Assembly: GCA_965603825.1 (NCBI GenBank)
Contig: CBFDEM010000015.1
Coordinates: 124,001-188,000 of the forward strand
Source of the DNA: Blepharisma stoltei ATCC 30299
Taxonomy: Eukaryota; Protista; Ciliophora
Direction of reading: 5' to 3'
DNA: 64,000 bases
The notes below the pieces were generated by a model. That model had not been told where the DNA came from. It was given only the letters and a program-made list of their open reading frames with translations, and did not search any database. This document shows positions 12,571-23,510 of this stretch, one piece after another (position 1 is the stretch's first letter; the number at the start of each line of letters is the position of its first letter). The position numbers and the translations under genes are program-made.

Positions 12571-13287
12571 ATGTTTAGACTTGCATCGGCTTTTTTTGTA
12601 AGTTCAGCTTGCTATGCTACTTGTTACGACCGCAATTACAAAGTTAGCGTTATGGAGCACCCAGCAAAAGATTTACTGATGTCAAGAATTAGAAACCAAA
12701 GCACCAACAAAGAAGATTTTGTCCATTACTCAAATCGTCTTCTTCACCTCCTCCTTGAATATACCATAGGCCTTGAACCCAAAATTGTAACCAAAGAAAG
12801 AGCACCTACAGGAGGAACCTATGACGATTACCAACTTCTCCATGATAGCAATTACGCTGTAGTCGTCATTTTACGATCTGGCGTAAGCATGCTTGGGGAG
12901 ACACAAAACATTATGCCTCATATAACCTCTGGATTTATCCTTATACAAAGAGATGAACAATCTGAAGAAAAAACACCAGTTTTTTACTATTCAAAACTCC
13001 CACCTGGAATCGAAAATAAAAGGGTATTACTTGTTGATCCTATGCTAGCTACTGGAGGTAGCGCTACTCTTGCAATAGAAGAACTGGTTAAAGCAGGAGT
13101 AAAAGAAGAAAATATCGTCTTTATCAATTTGATTTCTTGCGAACCAGGAATCAATGCACTTTTCGCAAAGTTCCCTAAAATCAGTATGGTTACAGCTCAA
13201 GTAGATCCAATACTAAATGAAAATCGCTACATTGTTCCAGGTCTAGGAGACTTTGGAGATAGGTATTTCGGAACAGAACATAAATAA
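12571..13287 (+). CDS. UPRT: Uracil phosphoribosyltransferase
   Basis: ILRSG, PRPP-binding VLLVDPMLATGGS, C-terminal YIVPGLGDFGDRYFG. Confidence 0.96.
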   Translation: MFRLASAFFVSSACYATCYDRNYKVSVMEHPAKDLLMSRIRNQSTNKEDFVHYSNRLLHLLLEYTIGLEPKIVTKERAPTGGTYDDYQLLHDSNYAVVVILRSGVSMLGETQNIMPHITSGFILIQRDEQSEEKTPVFYYSKLPPGIENKRVLLVDPMLATGGSATLAIEELVKAGVKEENIVFINLISCEPGINALFAKFPKISMVTAQVDPILNENRYIVPGLGDFGDRYFGTEHK

Positions 13288-13907
13288 ATTCTTAAGATTA
13301 AAAGAATTTTACTATTTACCAGCAGATTTTTATATGAGCCTAAGTTTAATTATATCATCTAATAATCCAAGTTTAAATTAGCATTCTTAACTATAGATTT
13401 AATTTAATTATACCTTCTACTAATCAAGTTGTTGCCTTATTTCTAACAATTTTCAAATCATTATATAAATAAGACACCAAAAGATTATATCATTTTTAAA
13501 AGACTTTAACTATCGATTTTTATTTTTGAGCTTTTTATATCAGCCTTGGGAATATTTATTTGACAAATATTTTATATTTCTCACAAAGACATCAGGTTTT
13601 TTTTTCTGTTTATAAAAAGCTGTTAGCAGTGTTGGGTTAGCTCATAAGGTTGCTCTTTACTGGCTAGCAAAGGATTGTTTATAAATGGGATTTTCTGCTA
13701 TCAGTTGGGTATCGATTCATTATAATGTAGCCAACATATAGAAATTAATAGGAAAATTGAAAATGGATGGAATATGATAGACAATTAACAGCAAAAGTCT
13801 AATAAAAAAGCATAAAATAATAAAAAAATTAACATATTTGCATTAGATAAAAGGAATATTAGTTCAAATTATTAATTTTCCAATTATTTGAAAATGGTGT
13901 AATAGAA

Positions 13908-15158
13908 ATGAGAAAAATCGCTAATACCCACTTTTTGCTGCCAAGTCTCCTAATTCCTTTATTTTTACTAGTTATTTTGCGGTTTATTATTCCGATGCCT
14001 AGAATATTTTTATCTCTTTCAGAAGTTCCTTATCATAAAGATAATCCAAGATACGATTATGCAGCAATTGACTCAGGTGGGAAAATTCTTGATAAATCAT
14101 CAATGATCAACAACGCTAAAGGGATTCTTTATAGCGATCAAGATAAATATATGGTTGTTCCTTGTTATATTCCTGAGAAATGAATAGAAATCAGCTTAAA
14201 TGAAGATATAAATATAGAAGAATTTCAAATAAAGCAGGGAGAAATTTATTCATCATCATTTAAAGAAATACAGTTATGAGGGTCAATTGAATATCCTTCC
14301 CACGAATGAATGCTTATCGGAAATTTTATACTTGAAGAAAGTAAACCTATACAAAGATTTAAAGTAAACCCAAAATGAGTGAGATTTTTGAAGGTTTATT
14401 TTATTGACTATTATGGAGACGAGTACTATTGCTCAATTACGCAGTTTTCAGTATATGGCACTAATATGCTGAGGACTTTTAATGATGATTTTAAAGCAAA
14501 AATTGAAGAAACACAAAATAATGAAAAAATTTTTGAGCACATTTCCCCTTATATGAAAACAATTGAAAAAATAAAGAAACTAAAGGAAAAAAAGAATAAA
14601 ATTATAGCAAAGAGCTATGGAGATGACAATTTTTATGATTGGAACAGCAGTGAAGACTATTGTATTTATGATACTAATTGGAATTTTTCAAATAAGAATT
14701 TTGATTATAGTTTGAATAGTTCATTACAAAATCCGAGCAATTTTGGCTTAAATTTTATAACAAAAAATATGGTGGGGGTCGAAATAAGGCTTCAAGAGCT
14801 TGAACTATTTAAAGAATTATTTGCAGAGCTAGCAGATGAAAACCAAAATGCATTTGAAAAAATTGATAAAAATTTAGATGTGCTAAAAAATGATTACGAT
14901 CATATCATTTTAGATTTGTTATATGAGGTCAAAGATCGAGAATATTTTTTGAAACTATTTCAATTTGAAATAGAAAAATTAAGGAAAACAATCAAAAAAA
15001 TTGAAGGCAAGAATAAAGAAAAAGAATTGAGCTTAGGGTCATTGAAATTCTATATGATATTTTTTTTCATATTCAACATAATCATCGCAGCAACATTTTT
15101 CTGTAAATGATTATCGAGTTTTAGAAACACAAATAAAATAAAAGTCAAGGAATTTTAA
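13908..15158 (+). CDS. Mid-SUN domain protein (Slp1/SUCO-like) with N- and C-terminal TM segments, 416 aa
   Basis: YDYAAIDSGGKIL, DKYMVVPC, YSSSFKEI, YPSHE-W-MLIGNF, W-VRFLKV..YYGDEYYCSITQFSVYG. Five TGA read as Trp; TAA at 15156-15158. Confidence 0.88.
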
Positions 15159-15246
15159 AATATTTTTTTGTAACTTACAAATATTTTCAATAAATACCTA
15201 ATAATTTTTGATATAAATTAAAATAATTTGTTTAATTCATTCTTAA

Positions 15247-18200
15247 TTAAGAGCTTAATAGCCTGTTCACCTTAGCCTGCTGCACCTCTTTTAGTGATCC
15301 CCATATCGAAGCAAGATCAGGAATTTGTGAATTTCTCAGATTTGTAAATAGCAGTTTAACTTTTTCCGTCGTGTCTTTGTTGATATACTTAGTTTCTAAA
15401 ATATCAGCAAAATGATGGACAATCTTTGGCAATCTTTCATAATTCGACCCAAACGTTAACCCTTGATGGCTTGACGATAAAGCTAAATCAGCTAAAAGCT
15501 CATTAACTTGGACAGCTTCTGCCTTGTCCCATTTAAGTGGCAATAATTCAATCCAAGCTGGAATTACAGCTTCTAAATTTAAGTTCGCATGCTGGTATTT
15601 AATTAATCTCCCAATAGAAGCTATTGCATTATCTTTAGCGTGCCCATGAGATTTTACCCTTTTTCCGACTGGAATTCTGATAGCTTGCTCAAGAACTGTA
15701 AGAATGTGCCCAGTCCATTGTTGGAATGTGGAGACATTTGAATTAACAGCATATATGCCTAATCCATAGCAAGCAGCTTGTCGGACTGCGTCGTTAGGAT
15801 CTGCGGCAAATTTGATTAAAGCTTCTCCTAAAGCATTCCAGGAGTTTTCTACAAGTCCTTGGCCAAGGAATTCTATAACGTCATCAATGACAAAAATCAC
15901 GAATTTGTGGTCTTCGTCTGAGGACTCATTGGTCAAAAACTTAGGAAATACATGCAAAATTAAAAACTGGACAATAGAAAGACTCAAATCTTTGTGAGTT
16001 TTGAATATTGCCCCAATTACTTCAGAAATAGCAGTATGCAAGCTATCTTCTTCTGATTTTTTGAATTTTGTGAATTCTTCATCATCTTCTTCGTCGCTGT
16101 CTTCATTAGGAATGTCCCTGCTTTTTATCGAATTATCTAGCAATTTCAATGATTTTTCTCCAATTTGGTTAACTTCTTCTTGACTCAAATATGGGATTCC
16201 AGGTATTTCTATAATTGATTTCAAAGCATTGAGCTGATCCACTTGTGTTTCAGTCACAAATTCGTCCTCAAGTGCTTCCCATAGAGTTGCTATAAATGCT
16301 TTGGCCATTTCACATGATTTTTGGATCGCATCTGGCTCTCCGGAATTTTTTTGGACTTCTACAATTCCTGCTAATAATCCAGCTGCGGCACCTCTGACGT
16401 CTTCATTTAGCTTAAAATTGACCATTGGCAAGGCTACACGGACAGCTGGCTCAATATATTTAGCAAAGCCTCCTTTAAGTGTGTCTACAAAAGATAACAA
16501 AGTATGCATTGCAAGCTCTTTGTTTTCTGTTATAGTTGTGCTGATGCTTTTCTTTTTTTCCTCAGCAAAAGCTTTTTGGACGTCGATAAATAAGTCAGGG
16601 GTAGAGCTGACACTGATTTCCATTTGTTTTTCGACCATTCTTAGAAGTCCAGGGACGACAGCATCTAAAAATTCGCAGAAATCGGAGCCTAAGACTTCAC
16701 AGATTCGTTGCCAGCCATTAAGCAAATATCCTACAAGCTCATCACTATTTTCTAAGTCTCCTTCTTGTAGAGTTCTCATTATGTGGATTATTTTGGTAGC
16801 GTGAGGGGCAAAAATGTTTTTTCCGACGTTTACGCTCATAAGAGTGATGCATTCAATTACTCTGCCACGAAGAGTTTTGTAGCAATCTTTTTGGTACTTA
16901 TCAAGAAGTGAAATTAAATAGGAAACCACGCTTACAAAGTTTTCTTTGAAAAAGTCTTTGCAAACTGTAGCTGCTGACGCAATTGTGGTACAAGCGTGCT
17001 CAATTACTATAGAATGCTGCGGGGTAGTTAGAAATTCAATGAGTTTTGGCATAAGTTGGCCTATATATTGATTTGCCAAAGTTTCGCCTGCTCCTTCAAA
17101 GAAATTAGTTATTGCTGCCAAACAATGTGAAACCACTCTTGGTACTGGGTCACTAAGTCCTTTCATAAGCATTGGATAAATCGTTTCATGATGGGAAGCC
17201 TGGAACTCATTTTCATAATCTTCACATACCTGTCCTATCAAATGAAAAGTCGCATACCTAATTTTCGGGTGGTCAGAATTTGCTTTAATTCCAATAATCG
17301 GGACGATTTCTGCAATTTTTTCAGGTTCCTGCACAAATTGAATAATTTCACTGAGAGTCATAAGGGCGGCATATGTAAGTCTCCAGTCTCCTTCAGTCGA
17401 TAAAGCTTTTTGTATTAAGCTAAGGACTGGCTGAAGCAAAAACTTGTCCCCGACGGATTCGAGAAGTCTGGTGATCAATTTTCTGCCAACTTTGGCATAG
17501 TCAAGGTCAAGGCTGCCGTCTTCGTCTTCTTTGTCTTGGAAGCCTTCATCAGGCCTGGCCCAGCTTTCGTCGACTTCTAAATCAATGCTGACCATCATTT
17601 CCATGATTCTTGTAAGTAATTGTTCGCCGAGGGCTAGCTGGGCTTGAAGTTGTTTAGGCATTCTTTCGACAACAGTGACTACAAAGTCTAATACTAAGTT
17701 TTTAGTGCTGATATCTATTTGTGGCTTAGTATAAATCTGCTGGATAAGTTCGAAACAGTAGTTAAATGAAGGTTTGAAGAGCTTTGGCTCGCTTTCAGCG
17801 AGCTCTCTGAGGGTTTCCAAGGCTTTGTTGCCTGTGTATAAGTCATTAGTAAGGATATAGTCAACTGAAATAAGCACATCTTTTACTAAATCTTTGAAAT
17901 AAAGAGCATCACCAGTTTCTACCACAGACAGCAGTGCATTAATTGCCTTTAAGCAGCTAAAACGTGTAGAAATATCGCCAATCCCTAAGCAGTGTTTAAA
18001 GAACTGCAATAGTTGACTGGAATTTTTAATGAATTCTTCATGAAGATATGGGAATAAAACTGTTAAAACATCGAGAGCTGCCCAGCTTTGAGCACCACCA
18101 GCTGATAAAGAATGGTAAAGATAAGGAATAAGCTCATCCCAGGTGCCTCTTATATTGGTTGTTAATATGCTGGAGCCTAAGAGACCGACCACTTCGCATA

Positions 18201-18534
18201 TATGTTCTTTGATTTTTTTGTTTTCTTCAGCAGTGATGCGCTCTAGAAGGATCTTTTTGCAGGCAGAATGTGTTTCTGGGGCTAGTTTAGCCCATATTTC
18301 TTGTTTGGCTTGAGGGTCGACGATTTTTTTGAGCAAAAGAGCAGCTAAGGTTCTGACTGAAAGGTCTGAGCCTTGAAGATTCAATAGAAGGCATAAGATA
18401 AGACGATCTGGGAACTGAGATAATACAGAATTATACTCGCTTTCACATTGTCTTCGAAGTGTATTGTCTGGAGATAAAGCACCACTTAGAATGCGGAAGA
18501 CTTCTTGCACTTCTGGTTCTCCTACGCCTTCCAT
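15247..18534 (-). CDS. IPO5: Importin-5 / karyopherin beta-3 (Pse1/Kap121-like), 1095 aa
   Basis: HEAT-repeat protein with HPKIRYA, PVPRVVSH, LRGRVIECITLM..VGK, WQRICEVLG, VRQAACYGLG, DNAIASIG. First ATG at 18534. Confidence 0.9.
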   Translation of the reverse strand: MEGVGEPEVQEVFRILSGALSPDNTLRRQCESEYNSVLSQFPDRLILCLLLNLQGSDLSVRTLAALLLKKIVDPQAKQEIWAKLAPETHSACKKILLERITAEENKKIKEHICEVVGLLGSSILTTNIRGTWDELIPYLYHSLSAGGAQSWAALDVLTVLFPYLHEEFIKNSSQLLQFFKHCLGIGDISTRFSCLKAINALLSVVETGDALYFKDLVKDVLISVDYILTNDLYTGNKALETLRELAESEPKLFKPSFNYCFELIQQIYTKPQIDISTKNLVLDFVVTVVERMPKQLQAQLALGEQLLTRIMEMMVSIDLEVDESWARPDEGFQDKEDEDGSLDLDYAKVGRKLITRLLESVGDKFLLQPVLSLIQKALSTEGDWRLTYAALMTLSEIIQFVQEPEKIAEIVPIIGIKANSDHPKIRYATFHLIGQVCEDYENEFQASHHETIYPMLMKGLSDPVPRVVSHCLAAITNFFEGAGETLANQYIGQLMPKLIEFLTTPQHSIVIEHACTTIASAATVCKDFFKENFVSVVSYLISLLDKYQKDCYKTLRGRVIECITLMSVNVGKNIFAPHATKIIHIMRTLQEGDLENSDELVGYLLNGWQRICEVLGSDFCEFLDAVVPGLLRMVEKQMEISVSSTPDLFIDVQKAFAEEKKKSISTTITENKELAMHTLLSFVDTLKGGFAKYIEPAVRVALPMVNFKLNEDVRGAAAGLLAGIVEVQKNSGEPDAIQKSCEMAKAFIATLWEALEDEFVTETQVDQLNALKSIIEIPGIPYLSQEEVNQIGEKSLKLLDNSIKSRDIPNEDSDEEDDEEFTKFKKSEEDSLHTAISEVIGAIFKTHKDLSLSIVQFLILHVFPKFLTNESSDEDHKFVIFVIDDVIEFLGQGLVENSWNALGEALIKFAADPNDAVRQAACYGLGIYAVNSNVSTFQQWTGHILTVLEQAIRIPVGKRVKSHGHAKDNAIASIGRLIKYQHANLNLEAVIPAWIELLPLKWDKAEAVQVNELLADLALSSSHQGLTFGSNYERLPKIVHHFADILETKYINKDTTEKVKLLFTNLRNSQIPDLASIWGSLKEVQQAKVNRLLSS

Positions 18535-18606
18535 TTTATTATAGTCTTTAGGTAGATTATTTCGCGGCAGATTAGCTATTAAGTATAAAATGAAATAAAT
18601 TATCAA

Positions 18607-19077
18607 TTATTTTATTAGTTGATTAATTGATAAAATACCAGGTGACAATTTAAAAGTTGGTAGCTCTTCTGAAGCTTTGCTTAATCTATCCCACAAAGAA
18701 TGAAGGGGTTTACCGCCTTCTTCTGCTTCATCTTGTCTAGAGAGGCTTTTTAGTTTCATAATTAATCTTTTTCTTTCTTTATATCTTTTCTTTTTTTCTT
18801 GTGTCTCTGGATTAAAGATTAATTTTTGCTGGGCTGGTGTTGTGTTTTGCTTTAATAAATAAAAGAAAACTCCTCTCAAAGATCTTTTTTCTCAGTTATC
18901 TTTAAATAAACCACCATTATCTTCAATTTCTAAAGTTTGCTCTAAAAGCTTTATAGCGAAATCTCCAGTCATTATGCTGATTATACTTCGAATTAATTCT
19001 TTTTCTTTTGTTTTAAGCAGCTCGCATATCTTTTCAAATAGCAAAGGATCTTCAGCAAATAATTCGTGGATTTTCAT
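18607..19077 (-). CDS. PHAX RNA-binding-domain protein (snRNA export adaptor-like), about 156 aa
   Basis: LLEQTLEIEDNGGLFKDN-W(TGA 18892)-EKRSLRGVFFYLLK resembles the PHAX RBD (LL..T..IE..GG...RT.GGVF..LLK). Start is uncertain. Confidence 0.75.
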
Positions 19078-19160
19078 TATTAGGGGGATCCAATTGAGTT
19101 TTCTTATAATCAAAATTTCTCTAGCGCTTTAAAATTTTATATATCCAAGATATGGCAAAA

Positions 19161-19310
19161 ATCCAATCCCAATAATAATAAATTCAATTTAAAATAAGAC
19201 GTTGAGTGAATTTTAATATTCAAAAAATTTTCTTATCCAATTACAATAATAACAAATTCAATTTAAATAAGACGTTAAGTGAATTTTAATATACAAAAAA
19301 TTGTCTTATC
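19161..19310. repeat. Imperfect tandem duplication, two copies, period about 74 nt
   Basis: atccaatcccaataataataaattcaatttaaaataagacgttgagtgaattttaatattcaaaaaattttcttatc is repeated as atccaattacaataataacaaattcaatttaaataagacgttaagtgaattttaatatacaaaaaattgtcttatc. Confidence 0.85.
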
Positions 19311-19409
19311 AAAAATTGGATTCGCCGAAATATGATAGCAAAATGATCTTATTTTTATACAAAAAAATATCAATTAATTCTATTATATTGCAAATTTTTT
19401 AAATTTTAA

Positions 19410-20006
19410 TTAGTTAACAGCAATCCCTTCGTTTCTTACTTTTTGCTGATTTTGCGCTATCATATGAGCAATAGCTAAGTGCATCATACTGCGCCTATTT
19501 AAATTGAGAGAAGATCTAGTTTGAGCAGGTTGACTGATAAACTGCGTTTGAAATTGTTTAGGATACGGATAAGGATACATATAATTTCTCCATCCGAATG
19601 CCTGTGGAAAAGCATATGGAAGTGATTGGAAATTAAAATTGCGAAAAGACGCATAGTTTTGTATTAAAGGCTGAGGTTGAATATTTTCTTGCTGTTTTTG
19701 AGGTAGGTTCTGAGGCGATTTAGCCTGCTTAGGCATAGATTTTATTTTAGCCATAAGACTAGCTAAGCCTTCAACAGCCTCATCTTCATCAGATACTTCA
19801 AATTTTCGAATATTTCTAGTTCTTTTCTTTGGAAAATTCAAGGATATGTCAGCAGTAAGATTATTTTCATGTGTATTTCTATCAATGGAACAGTTTAATA
19901 ATTCAAGATCTTCAAGAATTTCACTATTAGATGCTTGATAATATGGAGCTTGGCTCCTCAGCTTTTTAAGGTAGCCAAATGCAGGCATATTGTTGTTATT
20001 TTTCAT
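19410..20006 (-). CDS. Hypothetical protein with Q/P/Y-rich low-complexity region, 198 aa
   Basis: Intact ATG-TAA ORF flanked by AT-rich intergenic DNA. Confidence 0.75.
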   Translation of the reverse strand: MKNNNNMPAFGYLKKLRSQAPYYQASNSEILEDLELLNCSIDRNTHENNLTADISLNFPKKRTRNIRKFEVSDEDEAVEGLASLMAKIKSMPKQAKSPQNLPQKQQENIQPQPLIQNYASFRNFNFQSLPYAFPQAFGWRNYMYPYPYPKQFQTQFISQPAQTRSSLNLNRRSMMHLAIAHMIAQNQQKVRNEGIAVN

Positions 20007-20300
20007 CAGAAAATTATATATTGTGATTAATAAAAGTAATAAAATTTTACTAACAGATCAATTATTTTTACCAAAAATCAGAAGATCAAGGCATCAAAAA
20101 TAATTTTAAATAAATTTAGGAATAGCTCTAAGAAGATTTGGCTGCTGATAATAAGCGCCATCTATTTTATACTAGACTTATACTAAACCTTTAGATGTAT
20201 TAAGTCTTCCAGTATTTATTTACAAAAAATCCAAAATCACTTATTAAATTGCATTAGAAACTCTTTTTGGTTAAAAATTTCTTCCTGCTATTATTATTTA

Positions 20301-22703
20301 TTACATTATTTTTCTGTGTTTTCTTGTCGATATTGAATATGTTGAAGGCCTGGTTGGCTGGGTAGCACCTTCTTCGTTCCTTTTATGAAGCCCAAACATC
20401 ATTGATTTCGGAGACCAGAAAAATTTTGTATTTTCTACATTAGTCGCATTAGCTTTTCTTTCTTGACTTTTAATTCCTTTCAGCTTGCTTTTTATATCTT
20501 TCATTTCTTGCAGCACAGCATGGTTACTAAGCCCGCCAATTTCAATTTTTTTCTGTGGTGGATTTCTGAATTTTATAACACTTTCTAAATCAGTGCATAA
20601 GCTATCATCATCTTCTTTGCTGTTTCCATCAGTTTCTCGATTCGGACTTTTAATGCTCGTCAAGTCAAACTCGTCTTCTTTTTTGTCAATTTTTTGTGTT
20701 TCGCTGCTTTTAAAGGTATTTTGTGACCCTTCATTAGACTCGTCCCTTGACAAAGGATCATTTTTTTTCGCTTTTTGGGAAATTAAAAATGCCTTTGTGT
20801 CCCTTCTTTGAAGTCCTCTGGTTTTTTCTTTTTTTTGAATTTCTAATAAAGGTGATTTTTCTTGGATTTCTTCAGTCTTAGCTGCGATATTTTTGCTGGT
20901 TTGCCATATTAAATCTCTTGTGACGTGGCTTAAATTCATAAATTGTTCTTGGAGCTTTAAATGGGCTTGTAGGTTTAATTGTCAAAGATTTTCAAATAAA
21001 TCATTAGTGGTGGACTGGTCTTGAAAATAAGCTTCTATTTGTTTTAATGTAAGAAAATACCCTATTATAGGATTATCTGTTAAAATTGCGACTAATTTTT
21101 TATCATAAATACGATCAGATCAATATTGACGGTAAAGCTTGTAAATATCTCCTGCAGACAATAAAGAATAAATCGTAGTGTCACTGTTTGCTCTAGGCGA
21201 AAGCTCTACATCAGTTTTAAAAATGCTATGAGGTTGCTTATTAGGCACTAACGTATATCTTTTTCTCATAAAATTCCTTTTATTTACATCACTTACTTCA
21301 GGATTTCCGAACCCTTTTTGGAGATCATTTATTACTCTTTGGGCTTTTTGGATTGTGTAAGCATCGAATTCATTGTTTTCGCAATATTTTGTGATTTTGA
21401 CAACTGAGCTGCATAAAAAAGACCCAAAATTTAGGACTTGGAAAAACATTTTGAGTAAGCATTTTTCCATGTCATGTAAATGGTCTAATTTGAAATTTAT
21501 TAGGCCTTTATCATCTAAAATCATTTTTTTCTGATTAAAAGTTGACGAAAAACTTGATGGGTTTGGACTAATTTGATCGGCTTTTAATAATTCAAGCTGC
21601 TGAGAAATTTCTAAGCAGGCTTGTTTTTTCTTTATTTCCTCATGAGTCAGTTCTTGGAATCTGTCACTTAAAGACGACTCTTTGAATGACATTTCGTTAT
21701 ACACCTGTATGATATTTCTTATTGATTTCTCATCTAATGGCTCTGTAATTTGAAGGGTATCATCGTAATTTGCGATTATTTTTTTTATTATTTCTAGTCT
21801 TTCTCTATAATATACAAGTTTCTGATTATTCTCTTTTTCTTTTACGGAGCTGCCTTCGTATTTTTCGATTTCTACTTTAAGGGCAGCCATCATTGAGTTA
21901 TAGTTTTCTTTTCTCCTCTCAGAAATCAATGACTGTTGGCCTATATTTTCAATAATTCCTACAATTTCGCTTCTTAAATCGTCCCTGATTTTTAATTGGG
22001 CTTCGTATTTTCTTTCTTGCTCAAGTTTAATATTTTTAGTGATATAAATATAGTTCATATTTTGATTTTGAGCTAATATAAAGTTATTTTTGGCCACAAT
22101 TTTTGTGCTGTTTACTTCATCATGTTTTGGATCAATTTCTTTCTGCAGATTCATAGCTTCTTTTACTCGTTCTTTTCATATTTGTAAATTTTTCCACTCT
22201 TTGGCTTTCATTTCTATCAGCCCTTTTGAATTAAATGCTTCATCAGATGTACTTAATTCAGCTTCTTCTAGCCTAGATTTTAGGTCAATAATTTCATTTT
22301 CTAAAAGACGTGTCGAGCTTTTTGGAGAAAGCAGAGCAAATACATTTGAGTTTTGAAATAGCTCAGGTGAGCGTCTAGAAGATGATGATTTTGGTTTTAT
22401 TGGAGATGCTAAGCCAGTTAACGATTGGCAAACTGAAATAAGTTGATCAAGGATTTCTTCTTTATGATAGTTATCATCAATCAATTCATCCAATACCGAT
22501 TTAAGCTCAAAAATATCTTTTTGCTTTTTTATTTCCTCTGCTGATTTTTCTTCAGATACCAAGTATTCAGCACTCAAAATTGTATTTAATCGATTTGTAT
22601 CAAAACGCACGTTTTCGTCAAAACTTGGCACTGAGTTTTGAGTATCAATTTCAGCCAAAGTCTTCTTTGTACCAGATCTAATTATATCGTAACTTGTTTC
22701 CAT
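20301..22703 (-). CDS. Hypothetical coiled-coil protein, 800 aa
   Basis: Three ORF fragments share one frame, linked only by TGA (22176, 21120, about 20982). The gap 20940-21119 was translated by hand with no TAA/TAG. Confidence 0.8.
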
Positions 22704-23254
22704 TTATTTATCTGGTATGCAAAAAGTTTTAAGAATTTAAATTATTACAAATAAACAAGTACTAAATGGAGAATTTGAATTATATGGAGGGGTTTTGATA
22801 TAATAAAAACTTTGCTAAAAGAATAGTCAGCAAACCATAGATTTTACCAAGAAAAATTTTGTTTTTCAAATTACTCTTTCAGAAATCTAAAACAATCGAA
22901 AAATTTATTGTAAATTTGTATTTAATGAAAGTCAAAAAACTACTAAAAATATGAATGGAATATTAATTAACAATTGATTAATAGAAACATTATTAATCCT
23001 AAGAAAATCGATAACTATAGCATTACCAAGAATAAAATAGATATTGCTGCATCATAGTAAATTTTATTAAAGAAGATCTCACTTATAATTATATGTGAGG
23101 CAGCAGGATCAATCAGACCTAATTAGATCTTTACTCATCTGAAATGACTAAATTAAAATATTACTTTAATTAGTTATTTTCCTTTACTTTTGCAATCTAA
23201 GTTTCAACTATTATTTGTAAAATCAATGTCCTTATCATTATATTTAGTTAAATT

Positions 23255-23443
23255 CTAAGCCTTCTTTACTTCCAGTGATTTGGGATATTTTCATCTTCCA
23301 TAAGTATGAGCTCTTTTCTTTAAAAGATGTTCAATATACTGAGGCGAGTTAAGTTTTAGAGCTTCAATCATTCTTTTTGAGTCATTTCAAACATAAGGAG
23401 CAGTTCTGAAAGAGCTACCTAGACTTAAAATATTCCTAAACAT
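23255..23443 (-). CDS. Putative small basic protein with mitochondrial-presequence-like N-terminus, 62 aa; absent from the ORF track
   Basis: MFRNILSLGSSFRTAPYV-W-NDSKRMIEALKLNSPQYIEHLLKKRAHTYGR-W-KYPKSLEVKKA-TAG, with two TGA=Trp. Confidence 0.55.
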
Positions 23444-23510
23444 TTCAAAATCCTTTTATAAATGGTCCGAGAGATCAGCTGAATTTATTTTATTATTTAT
23501 TATATCTTTT

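Noticed and set aside
23078-23100. Hairpin CTCAC-TTATAATTATAT-GTGAG
   Set aside because: Short and AT-rich, with no snoRNA boxes or other supporting context.
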